DNA of 40,633 nt from Methanomassiliicoccaceae archaeon (GTDB lineage: Archaea > Thermoplasmatota > Thermoplasmata > Methanomassiliicoccales > Methanomassiliicoccaceae): positions 1 through 40,633 of the forward strand of contig CAVSJV010000001.1 of NCBI GenBank assembly GCA_963728405.1, written 5' to 3'. Numbering within the stretch: the stretch's first letter is position 1; each line of letters opens with the position of its first letter. The position numbers and the translations under genes are program-made. The notes below the pieces were generated by a model. The model was not told the origin of the DNA, searched no databases, and saw only the letters and a list, made by a program, of their open reading frames with translations. This document shows, in pieces, positions 10,936-21,053 of the stretch.

Positions 10936-12194
10936 ATGATTCACCTTCGATCTTGAACAGCTCTTCCATTATCTCCAGGATCTCCAGGTCGCCCTGGCGG
11001 AGCGCCTGCTTGAGGCTTTCGGTGGGATCGGCCAGGAACCGATTGGTCAGGGAGTTGGCGAAGTCTGCCAGGATCGCCTCGGGCGGTTCGTTGCCCGCCG
11101 CCAGCCGGTTGACGGCCTTGTGAATCTCCTTCTCCTTGAGCGAGTTGAACTTCGAATATAGCCGGCTAAGGAGCTGGTCGGCCCGCATCTCCCTCATCCT
11201 GGTCTCGAAGGATGCTATCTCCTGGCCGATGATCCCCTCTGCGCTCTTGATCTCATCCTTGCGCCTCAGGATATTTTCCCCGGCCACTTCCCTGAGCCCG
11301 TCCAGATCGTACAGCTCCACGCCCCCGATATCGGCCACCTGCGGTTCGACAGTTCCTCGGGAAGCTCACGTCGATCACCACCATCCGTTCTCCTCGCCGT
11401 CTTGCCATTGCCTGGACCAGGTGGTGCCGGGTGAGTACCATGTGCGTCGCCGACGTTGCGCACAGCACCACGTCCGCTTGGGATAGGAACTCGATGAGAC
11501 TGTCGAACCGGACCGCCCTGCCTCCGAGCTCGAACGCCAGCTCCACCGCCCGGGCATAGGTGCGATTGGAAACGAAGACGGTCCGGGGGCTCTTGCCGAT
11601 CAGATGCTTGGCGATGAGGGTGGCCACATCCCCGGCGCCGATCACCAGGATGTTCTTCCCTTCCAGGCTGCCGATCTTCGACTCCGCCAGCTCCACCGCG
11701 GCCGAACCGACGGACACGCAGCCCTTGTTGACCCGGGTCTCCGTTCGCACCTTCTTCCCCACGCTGATGGCCTTGCGGAACACCACCGAGAGCAGGGGAC
11801 CTATAGTCCCCTCGGTCTGGGCGACCTCGAATGCCTCCTTCACCTGCGATTGTACCTGGTCCTCGCCGATGATCATCGATTCCAGGCCGCAGGAAACGCG
11901 GATGAGGTGGCCGATGGACTCCAGCCCGGTGAGGTACTGCACGAGGTTCTCCTCGGCGTCAAAGGGGATCTGACCATTGATGATGTTCTCCAGCCCCTTC
12001 CTCCCGCCCTCCAGGTCAGTGGTGACGACGTATACCTCCACCCGGTTGCAGGTCTTCAGCACGGCGCATTCCCTTACCCCCTCGATGGACGCGGCCTCGT
12101 GCAACAGGTACAGGGAGTTCAGCTCTCCCAGCCTCTGCAGGCTGGACATTCTGGCCTGTTTGTGCGTGACGTGAGCGCTAAGTACCGTTTCCAT
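10910..12194 (-). CDS. hemA: Glutamyl-tRNA reductase (frameshift near 11345)
   Basis: [44 protein letters not shown]; the C-terminal domain is in ORF 10910..11338. Confidence 0.95.
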
Positions 12195-12804
12195 CCCGTC
12201 TCACCAACCGTTCCCGAGCTACATGTAATGCCTCCTCCTCTCCGCGGCCCAGAGCGTTCCACACCTCGGGGTCCTCGAGGATCGCCCATAGCAGCCGTTC
12301 CCGCTCCCTCTGCTCGAGGATGAGGGCCTTCGCCTCTTCCCGCAACTTCACCTGGAGGGCCACCATCCTATCGATCCCTTCATCCAGCTCCTTCTCGAGC
12401 TTGGACCGGAGGTACCGGGACATGGCCGGGCTGCGGCCGAGCGTGGATACCGCCACCACATAGTTCTCTCGGCGCACCACCGATGGGATCATCAGGTTCG
12501 AGGGGGCGTCGGCTCGGTTACAGGGACGTCCCAGGCTGGCGGCCGCCGACGCGATCGCCTCGTTCAACGCGCGGTCGTTGGTCGCGGCCACGACGATGTC
12601 CGCCCCCTGCACCCGCTCCATGATCTGCGGCCCGATCTCGCCGGTGATCTTCCGGATGCCGTCGGCGAAGCCGTCGACGAACTCCCGGCTGATCACCGTT
12701 ACCTCGGCCTCCTCCGCCAGGTAATTGGCCTTCCGCATGCCGACCGGCCCACCGCCGAAGACCACAACTTTCCAGCCCTGGAGGTCGATCAGCAACGGCA
12801 GCAT
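12178..12804 (-). CDS. sirC: Precorrin-2 dehydrogenase (SirC/CysG N-terminal family)
   Basis: MLPLLIDLQGWKVVVFGGGPVGMRK, AATND, NRAD, STLGRSP. Confidence 0.9.
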   Translation of the reverse strand: MLPLLIDLQGWKVVVFGGGPVGMRKANYLAEEAEVTVISREFVDGFADGIRKITGEIGPQIMERVQGADIVVAATNDRALNEAIASAAASLGRPCNRADAPSNLMIPSVVRRENYVVAVSTLGRSPAMSRYLRSKLEKELDEGIDRMVALQVKLREEAKALILEQRERERLLWAILEDPEVWNALGRGEEEALHVARERLVRRDGNGT

Positions 12805-12901
12805 GCCACCCCTCCTGCCGATAATGATGCCTCGGTTCTCACTATTCGTATCCCCTTTTGGCCGGGTCACGGGCCTGACCATGGCTAGATGGGAAGCTCC
12901 C

Positions 12902-12937
12902 GTAATAATAATTTGTCTAATCGTATGTTTTTATTAC
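12902..12937. promoter_or_regulatory. AT-rich divergent promoter region (hem/cfb) with GTAATAA...TTATTAC inverted repeat
   Basis: 7-bp perfect inverted repeat (12902-12908 / 12931-12937) in the only AT-rich stretch between sirC and cfbA. Confidence 0.4.
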
Positions 12938-12996
12938 AAAGAGAGCCTTACAGACTTCAACCGCTCCGGCGGTTAGTGACAAAGGGGATTACGAAA

Positions 12997-13395
12997 ATGA
13001 AGAGCGGAGTACTTGTAGTAGGGCACGGAAGCAAGCTAGGGTTCAACAAGGACCTGGTCGTGCGCACCGCAGAGAAGATGGCCAAGATGAACGAGTTCGG
13101 CCCAGTGACCGCTGCGTTCATGCAGCTCAACGAACCGGACATCAGGACCGGGATCAAGACCTTGGTCGGCCAGGGCGTCGACATGATCTATGTTCAGCCG
13201 TGCTTCCTGGCCTCGGGCATCCACCTTACGGTGGACATTCCCGGCGAGATCGGTTTGAAGAACGGCGAGAAGGAGACGAAGATGGCGGTCGATGGCAAGA
13301 ACGTGGTGCTTCGTTACTGCGAGCCCATCGGCGACGATGATCGCATCGCCCAGATCCTGGCCGACCGGGTCAGGTCCAGGATGACGATGGCATGA
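12997..13395 (+). CDS. cfbA: Sirohydrochlorin nickel chelatase (CbiXS-type)
   Basis: VVGHGSK, FMQLNEP, FLASGIHLTVDIP and EPIGDD; first gene of the cfb operon. Confidence 0.9.
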   Translation: MKSGVLVVGHGSKLGFNKDLVVRTAEKMAKMNEFGPVTAAFMQLNEPDIRTGIKTLVGQGVDMIYVQPCFLASGIHLTVDIPGEIGLKNGEKETKMAVDGKNVVLRYCEPIGDDDRIAQILADRVRSRMTMA

Positions 13396-14693
13396 GCCAG
13401 AAGGTCCTAGTGCTGGACCTTACCCACGGAGGAGAGGTCCTGGCAAGAGAGCTAGCGGGGAGAGGGGACAGCGTCACCGCCGTGGACATCTACCACACCG
13501 TCGCTGCCGAGCACAAGGTCCGCCCTGGCCGCCGCGGGGGTCCGCGTGGCCGAGGTCCCTCCCCCGGAAACCTTCGATCTAGGTATCGTTCCGGTCCACT
13601 GCCCCGACCGCTATATCGGGGAGGCCAAGCTCCAACGGCGCATCACCGCCCACGAGGCCGTCGGTGAGCTGGCCCGGTTCGACATTCCGGTGGTGGAGTT
13701 CACCGGAGTACGGGGCAAGACCTCGGCCTGCCATGTCCTCGCCCACATCCTGGCGAACGCGGGGAAGGAAGTGCTCCTTCTGACCAGTCGCGGACTGTGC
13801 ACCATGAACGCCCAGGGGCGCACGGTGCTCAAGGACCGCATCAGCATCGCCCCGCCCACGGTGTTGGCGCTATCGGCGTCAAGACCTCCGGCGGACATCG
13901 GGGTGTTCGAGGTCAGCCTGGGCGGCACCGGGCCTGGCCGACGTTTCGGTCATAACAAGCCTGGACGATAACTATGGCATCGCCGCGGGTACCAGAAAGG
14001 CGTTCGACGGCAAGGTCCAGATGATGCGCGCCGCCCGGAAGGTGGCGGTCTTTCCGTTCAAAGAGCGGGACATGTGGTCCCCCCACATCCCGTCCGGGGT
14101 GGAGAGCATCACCTTCGGCCCAGGCGGGGACCTGGAGATCGTCATCCCGGAGAAGCTGAAGCTGGGGAGGGCGTGCAAGCTCACCGTCCGATGGAGGGGA
14201 GAAACGCTGACCGCGGACCTCTCCGGCGGCTCTGCTGGCGCCCAGCTACGCCACGGCGTTCTGCAGCGCCCTGGCCGCCGCCGCGGGGCTGGGGATGGAC
14301 ATGAAGGACGCCGTAGCATCCCTGGAAACGTTCAAGGGGGTGCCCGGCCGAGGGGAGGTGACCCGGGAGAGGGGGGCGTTCCTCATCAGGGAACGGAACC
14401 CCGGGGTCAGCGCCGCGTCCATCGAATGGAACATCAATGTCCTCGAGCGCTACTACGGACAGGAGGACATGGGGGTCGCCTTGGACCCCGTCAACATCAA
14501 GGTCTGCGAGAAGCTGGACCTCCAGGACGTCAGTGACGTTCTCGACCGTCATCCGTCGGTCAAGGGCAAGTACATCATCAACATGCCCGGCCTGGACCGT
14601 AGCAGCACCGGGTTCCTGCGCATCGATGGGTTCATGGACGTCCGGGGCAAGCACCAGGTGCTGATGTGCTGCATCAAGGAGGGATACCTGTAG
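13392..14693 (+). CDS. cfbE: Coenzyme F430 synthetase (Mur-ligase-like); frameshifts near 13520, 13930 and 14240
   Basis: LVLDLTHGG, VPVHCP, TGVRGKTS, SIAP, FEVSLGGTG, NYGIAAG, VPGRG, NPGV; cfb context. Confidence 0.88.
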
Positions 14694-14698
14694 CCGAC

Positions 14699-15773
14699 GT
14701 GCTGCACCCCCGGCCGAACCCCATCATCGCCGCCATGTACACCCTCCGGGACCTGGAGGTCGATGTCATCCTCATGCACGGCCCGGCCGGCTGCGGGTTC
14801 ATGGCCTCCCGCCGCCTCGAGGAAGCAGGCGTCCGGGTCATCACCACCGGCATGCAGGAGAACGACCTCATCTTCGGGGCCGAGGAGAAACTGGTCCGGA
14901 TACTGAAGAGTGTCGACGACCGCTTCCACCCCCGCCTCGTGGGCGTCGTGGGCACCTGCGCGTCGATGATCATCGGGGAGAACCTGGACGGCGCGGTGAA
15001 GAAGGCCGGGATCAAGGCGACGGTGCTGCCGATCGACGTGCACGGCTGCTCCGGACCCAACACCTCCGGGGCCATACGCACGTTGGAGGTGGCGGCGGAG
15101 AAAGGCATCATCAGCGAGGGGGAGCGGGACCGCCAGAAGCTCATGCTCTCCCGCGCTACCGCGTTGGAGAGGGAGCGGGGACTGACCAGCCGGGAGTACC
15201 TCGAGCCCCATCCCGGGGCGACCAAGCTGTCGGTGGGGCTGCGCATCGTGAACACCCTCCGCTCCGGCGGCCGGGTGGCGGTGGCCCTGAACGCCAAGAA
15301 GGAGACCGCCTACGGGTTCGCCGACGTCATGCGCTCGGTGCAGTACGCCCGGGACTCGGTGGGCGGCCAGGTCGTCCACATCGGCAACCTCGATCCGGGC
15401 GTAGGCCTCCCCCGCATCCGCCGCTACGCCACCAACATCCTGAGGGACCTGGAGCAGGCGGGGGTCCAGGTCCAGCGTGATGACCGGCGGTCTTGACGAG
15501 TATCCGGTAGCGGGAGAGAAGGCCGCGGAAGCGCTCTCCTCCGATTTCGACCTCCGTGTGGTGGCCGGCCTGCCCCATGCGGTCCCCGGGCTGCGCAAGG
15601 AGGATGTGCTGGTGACCGACCAATCGCGCGAGCTGCGCAATTACATCGATCAGGGCTACCAGCTGTCGGTCGGCGAGGTCACCACCCACGCCGATGTCAT
15701 GAGCACCAACAAGGTGCTGTTCAGCGAGCTGGGCAATACCATCCGGGAGATCGTGGACAAGGGGTTCGCATGA
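14699..15773 (+). CDS. cfbD: Ni-sirohydrochlorin a,c-diamide reductive cyclase, catalytic subunit (NifD/NflD-like); frameshift near 15475
   Basis: [58 protein letters not shown]. Confidence 0.93.
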
Positions 15774-16553
15774 GGCAGATCGCGATCTACGGGAAGGGGG
15801 GCATCGGCAAATCGACCGTCTCGGCGAACCTGGCGGCCTATTTCGCCGAGAGCGGGCTGCGGACCTGGTACATCGGCTGCGATCCCAAGTCCGACGGGAG
15901 CATGACCCTGCTGAACGGGAAGAAGGTCCCTACCTTCCTCGAACAGATGAAGGCCGGCGGCGGCGAGGTCGTCTTCACCGGGTTCAAGGGGGTCAAGTGC
16001 GTGGAGACCGGCGGCCCGCTGGCGGGGGTCGGCTGTGCCGGCCGGGGCATCATCGTGGCGGTGCGGGAGCTGGCCAAGAGCCATTTCCGGGAGGAGGACG
16101 ACATCCTCATCTACGACGTTCCCGGGGACGTGGTCTGTGGCGGCTTCGCCGCCCCGCTGCGGGAGAAGTTCGCCAACGAGGTCTACATCGTCACCAGCGG
16201 GGAGTACCTGGCGCTGTACGCGGCCAATAACATCGCCAAGGGGCTGGCGAACCTTAACGTGGCGCTGGGGGGCATCATCTGCAACTCCCGGGAGGTGGAG
16301 AACGAACGGGCGGCGGTCGCCGAGTTCGCCCGGCGCATCGGCTCCCAGCTCATCGGGTTCGTGCCCCGCAGCGCGGTGGTCCGGGACTGCGAGAACCTCG
16401 GGAAGACGGTAGTGGAATGCGCGCCCGACGACGCTCAGGCCGACGCCTACCGGCAGCTGGGCCAGGGCGATCCTGGTCAACCAGAAGATGGCCGTCCCGA
16501 GCCCCATGGACCCCGAGGAGATCCGCTCCCTCCTGAGGGAGACGCAGCGATGA
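15770..16553 (+). CDS. cfbC: Ni-sirohydrochlorin a,c-diamide reductive cyclase, ATP-dependent reductase (NifH/NflH-like); frameshift near 16460
   Basis: [39 protein letters not shown]; ends at an ATGA overlap with cfbB. Confidence 0.93.
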
Positions 16554-17914
16554 CCGTTCCGAGGCTGGTCATCGCGGGGGCCGGTAGCGGGGTCGGCAAG
16601 ACGGTCATCGCCACCGGTCTGATGTCCCGCCTGGCCAGGGACCAAGAAGGTCCAGGCCTACAAGGTCGGTCCGGACTTCATCGACCCCATGTTCCATTCG
16701 GCCGCCACCGGGCGGCCCTCCCGGAACCTGGACTCCTACCTCCTGGACGCAGGTACGCTCGAACAACCTGTTCGGCTGGTCCTCTAGCTCCGCGGACATG
16801 GCCGTCATCGAGGGGGTGCGGGGGCTGTACGACGGCCTCACCGCCACCGGGGACACCGGCTCCACGGCCGAGATCGCCAAGATGCTGGGCGCTCCGGTCA
16901 TCCTGGTGGTCAACGCCCGCAGCCTGGCCAAGAGCGCCGCCGCCCACGTGCTGGGCTTCAAGATGCTCGATCCAGGCGTCAATATCGCCGGGGTCATCCT
17001 GAACAACATCAGCGGAGAGCGGCATCGCCAGAAGGCGGTGGAAGCAGTGGAGACCTTGACCGGAACGGAGGTGGTGGGCACCGTCGATCGGCAGAAGGAG
17101 CGTCTTCCGGAACGGCACCTGGGGCTGGTGACACTTAAGGGAAAGCGACGACGCCGTCGGCCTCCTGCGGCAGCTCGAGGACATGGTCTCCACGGTGGAC
17201 ATCGGCCGCCTGGAGGAGATCGCCCGTTCCGCTCCCGAGCTGGATATGCCGGCCGAGCCTCCGTTCCGGAAAGCGGAACCGAAGGGGATCACCTTCGCGG
17301 TCCCCCGGGACCGCTCGTTCTGCTTCTACTACCCGGAGAACCTGGAGGCCCTGGAGGCGGCGGGAGCGCGGATCGCGTACTTCCGGCCGACCGAGGGCGA
17401 GCCGCTTCCCGATTGCGACGCGGTCTACATGGGCGGCGGTTACCCCGAGGTCCACGCCGCCGACCTTTCGGCCAACGGCGATTTCCTGGAGGGCGTTCGT
17501 CAGCTGTCCGCCGAGGGCAAGGTCGTGTACGGTGAGTGCGGCGGCATGATGGCCATGTGCCGCTCCATCCGGGCGTACGGGGCCGAGCATCGCATGGCCG
17601 GCATCTTCAGCTCGGACGCGGTCCTCACTCCCGACCGACAGGGATTGGCCTATGTGCAGGCCCGGGCGACGGCAGAGAACTTCCTGTTCCCCGGTAGGAC
17701 GATAAGGGCCCATGAGTTCCATTACTCCCGCCTGGAGCCCATCCCTCTCGGCCCTTTCGGCTACTCGGTGCTTCGGGGAACGGGGATCGGGGACGGTTCC
17801 GACGGCGTGATGGTCCGCCGGTCCATGGGCACCTACATGCATCAGCACGCCCTGTCCCACGGGGAATGGGGATCGTCGCTGGTCAGGGCGGCCGAGGTCG
17901 CGACACGGACCTGA
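16550..17914 (+). CDS. cfbB: Ni-sirohydrochlorin a,c-diamide synthase (CbiA/CobB-like); frameshifts near 16640, 16750 and 17140
   Basis: [53 protein letters not shown]. Confidence 0.9.
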
Positions 17915-18173
17915 TCCCCGCCCTGGTCACTTCATCCTCGCTCGATGAACGGAGCGCCAGATCCCGTCGCACCATATGTTCGTTGGTCATCTTCCCGGTC
18001 ATTTCTTACATCCGTTAAGAGGCGACCTGCCCGAAGTGGCCTTATGATAAATATGGCGGAGCTGACACCCCATCAGCGGCCGCTGTCACGTTCGGCCGAT
18101 CCGCGAAAAACCCACCTTCTCACGGACTTAGGTTTAGTTCAAGCGTTGCCGACCCTACCTGCAAGGTGAGAGG

Positions 18174-19470
18174 TTGCACAAGCGCACTATTGCCAGCATG
18201 GTAGCCATCGTATCCTTGATGCTCATGGCATCGGCGGTGGTACCGATGTTGGCCGCCGACGGTCAGGATGCACCGATGAGCGGCCAGAAGAGCGCGATGC
18301 CGGCGAACGACCGATTTGAAACGGCCTTCCAGAATGTCACCGGCCAACGATTGGACCAGAATGCCACGATGAGGCTGTTGCAAGGCCTCCCCGATAAGGA
18401 CCCCTTGTTCGCACCGCTGAACAACAATAGTGGCAACATCTCGGGACGCTATATCTCGTTCATGGTGGACCCGTCCAACGGGACCCTGCAGGACTATGCC
18501 CTGAACATCAGCGGCAAGAGCACCCCGATCTTCACCAGCGTGGTAGCATCCGACTTCAAACCGACCAGCTGGAACGTCAGTGGACCGCTGTTCACATCGA
18601 TGGACGATAACCTGACCATGTCCGCGGCCGACAACCCCCTGGGGACGTTCCATGCCGCGGCCTCGGACAATGCCTCCATCAACCTATCGATGCCTGCCGG
18701 CTTCACTGTTGCACCGCTGCCTTCGCTGAATTCCTCCGTGAAGGCCTGGACCATTACCGGGAACGGCATATCTGCCGTTATGGTGGTCAAGGACGGCACC
18801 GTGAGGACCAACCTGGGGACATCGGCTGGCACAGCAGGTTACTTCGACGTCTCGCTGGCCCCGGAGGGCGCGCTGATGTTCCGAGCCCTGCCGATAGCCG
18901 GTGGCTTCCCCTTGGCCAACGAGCGGTTCCTGATGTCCCAGCTGGCCAACTGGTCGCTAGAGGGTGAGATGGCCATAGTCACCACGGCCAACCACACCTT
19001 CTGGTTAGCCACCGAATCGGGATCACTGATGCCGAGCGTCAACTCCAGCCAGGGCATGGTCACCGTGGACCTAACGCCCCGCGCGCAGAACGGAACTAAC
19101 ATGACCGCACCGGCGAGCGGGCAGAGGATGTGGTACGTCATTGCCATGGACAAGAACACGGTGAACCCAGCCAACGGGACGGTGAAGGTCCTGGTCAACG
19201 GACAACAGCTGAGCATGGCCAACAGCACATCGGAGCTGGTCACCAGCAACTCGATGTTCTGGACCTACCAGGGAACGAACGCATCGGTGTTCGTGGTCCC
19301 CCTGTCGACCAGCCAACGGCTCGGTGAGCATCGTAGTGGAGGAAGGTAACCAGAACGCACCGGCCACGACCGCGTCCATCAGCCTCAGCACGGCGACCGC
19401 CGTGGGGGTCACCATTATCGGATTGGCCGCGGTGGTCGGATCGGTCATCTACCTCAGGAGAAAGGAGTAG
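18174..19470 (+). CDS. Secreted, C-terminally membrane-anchored, N-sequon-rich surface protein (frameshift near 19312)
   Basis: TTG start after GGTGAGAGG; signal peptide MHKRTIASMVAIVSLMLMASAVV; about 19 N-x-S/T sequons. The shifted frame ends with a Thr/Ser linker, a TM helix and RRKE-TAG (19468-19470). Confidence 0.8.
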
Positions 19471-19482
19471 CCCGAAACCTTT

Positions 19483-20502
19483 TCATTTTCCCTTTTTCTC
19501 TTCTATGAACAAGTGGACCGTCAGGGCGCAAGAGCGGGCGTCGGCAATGGCGGTGGGCAGGTCCATCGGCCCCTTGGCCGAGCCGCATAGGAACAGACCC
19601 TTTACCCCGCTATCCGCCGCCGGGAAGCCGGCAAGGCCTTGTCTTACGCTGAAGCTGTCCATGAGAAGGAGGTTTTCGGGCGACTGGCGCAGCCCGGTGC
19701 TTAGGACGACCAGGTCTGCCCGGACCTCGTAAAGCTCCCGCAGCAGGGTGTTCTCCCCGCACACCACCAGCTGGCCGCTCTTCTCCAGGACGAGGGACGG
19801 CTGGCCCCGGATGAACCGCACCCCTGACCGACGCGCCTCTCGATACAGGTTCTCCTGCCCTGCGCCGGTCGTCCGCAGGTCGATGTACAACACCGTAACC
19901 TCCACGGATGGATCGAGGTGCTTGAGGGCGAGGGCGTTCTTGACGGCGTTGGCGCAGCACAGCGCGCTGCAGTAGGGGACCCCCCGCCGTTCCGTTCGCG
20001 AACCGACGCATTGGATGAACACGGCCGAACGGACCGGGGCGCCGCTCCTCCCGACCACCCGGCCGGAGCGAAGCATCTCCTCCAGCTCGATGGAAGTGAC
20101 CACTCCGTCCTTGGCGCCGTGGCCATACTCCGGGACGAGGGATGGGGGCACCTCGTCCAACCCGGTCGCCATGACGACCGCACCGGACGCGATCGTTGTG
20201 CCGTCATCCAGCTCGATGCTGAAACCGTCGTCCCGGGGCGACAGGGAGACCACCTCTCGGGACATCCGCACAGTGATCCTTTCCTCCGCCTTGACGGCCA
20301 TCGCCAGACGTTCGACCTCTTCGGAGGCCGAACGGAGATCGGGGAACAGCAGGTTCAGATGGGAGACCCGCCCACCTAGGGCGGACGAGCGCTCCATCAG
20401 CATCACCGGATGGCCGAGCTGGGCCAGTGCCAGCGCGGTGGCCATGCCCGCCACTCCACCGCCGATCACCAGGACCTCGAGATCGGTCCTCTCCCTTTCC
20501 AT
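19483..20502 (-). CDS. Short HdrA-like FAD/[4Fe-4S] oxidoreductase lacking ferredoxin domains
   Basis: VLVIGGGVAG, VMATG, FIQCVGSR...YCSALCC, LYIDLRT, ENTLL, DLVVLSTG, GLFLCGSAKGPMD; no CxxCxxCxxxCP motif. Start could be 20502, 20523 or 20553. Confidence 0.85.
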   Translation of the reverse strand: MERERTDLEVLVIGGGVAGMATALALAQLGHPVMLMERSSALGGRVSHLNLLFPDLRSASEEVERLAMAVKAEERITVRMSREVVSLSPRDDGFSIELDDGTTIASGAVVMATGLDEVPPSLVPEYGHGAKDGVVTSIELEEMLRSGRVVGRSGAPVRSAVFIQCVGSRTERRGVPYCSALCCANAVKNALALKHLDPSVEVTVLYIDLRTTGAGQENLYREARRSGVRFIRGQPSLVLEKSGQLVVCGENTLLRELYEVRADLVVLSTGLRQSPENLLLMDSFSVRQGLAGFPAADSGVKGLFLCGSAKGPMDLPTAIADARSCALTVHLFIEEKKGK

Positions 20503-20580
20503 GTCCGATGGCGTCAGCGTCATACGGGGTCCCAGAACACCAACAGGTTTCATGAAAGTATCGAACGTAAAAGTATCTAA

Positions 20581-20740
20581 GGGGCGCCTGCCCGACCGCC
20601 CTCCTCCAAGAGCAGGTCTCTTCCGTCCTGCCGCCTCTCCCTCCTCATTAACGGCATCGTTCGATGCCCGAATCCCCTTCTAGGTAGCACCGGTGGTCGC
20701 ACCGGGGCGGGCAAGACGGACCTTTTAGCGCAGGCGCCCT
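20581..20740. ncRNA. Candidate structured non-coding RNA (or MITE-like element)
   Basis: Closing stem GGGCGCCTGC (20582-20591) / GCAGGCGCCC (20730-20739); inner stem TCCGTCCTGCCGCC / GGCGGGCAAGACGGA; hairpins GGCATC-gttc-GATGCC and CCGGTG-gtcg-CACCGG. Confidence 0.4.
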
Positions 20741-21053
20741 GTTGAGCGTAAATGTTGGTCCCTTCACGAGAAGGGAGGGTGAAATCCTCTCATAGATAGT
20801 AATCCTTTCGAATCGACATACAACGGATGACCGATTCTAGACAAAGGGTTGCTGGTCATGCGACCCTAAGAATAATATGAATGGCGGAATCATCGTCGCT
20901 ACCTGACTGGATATTATTATTCGAAGTATCGGGCCAGTATATTAAAATCAGAGGATAATTTTAGGGATATCACGGATGATAATTAGGTCATAATGAGTTT
21001 ATAACCTTCCGCCGGTGGCAGAGAACGGAGCCAAAAGCTCCAAGTGAAGTACG

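Noticed and set aside
14691-14693. Pyrrolysine read-through fusing CfbE to CfbD
   Set aside because: The TAG is not in the cfbD frame, and I found no in-frame amber codon inside a conserved gene in this window.
14699-16553. Nitrogenase (nifH/nifD)
   Set aside because: The D-like subunit is short with the CfbD N-terminus, there is no nifK/E/N, and it is flanked by cfbA/E/B.
15770-17002. Apparent CfbC-CfbB fusion ORF (410 aa)
   Set aside because: Produced by the indel near 16460; the corrected cfbC stops at 16553, overlapping the cfbB ATG.
12997-17914. Cobalamin genes cbiX/cbiA
   Set aside because: Operon context with cfbC/D/E identifies them as the F430 paralogues.
20581-20740. tRNA, 5S rRNA, SRP RNA, RNase P RNA or cobalamin riboswitch
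   Set aside because: No T-loop/anticodon cloverleaf and none of the conserved signature sequences were recognisable.
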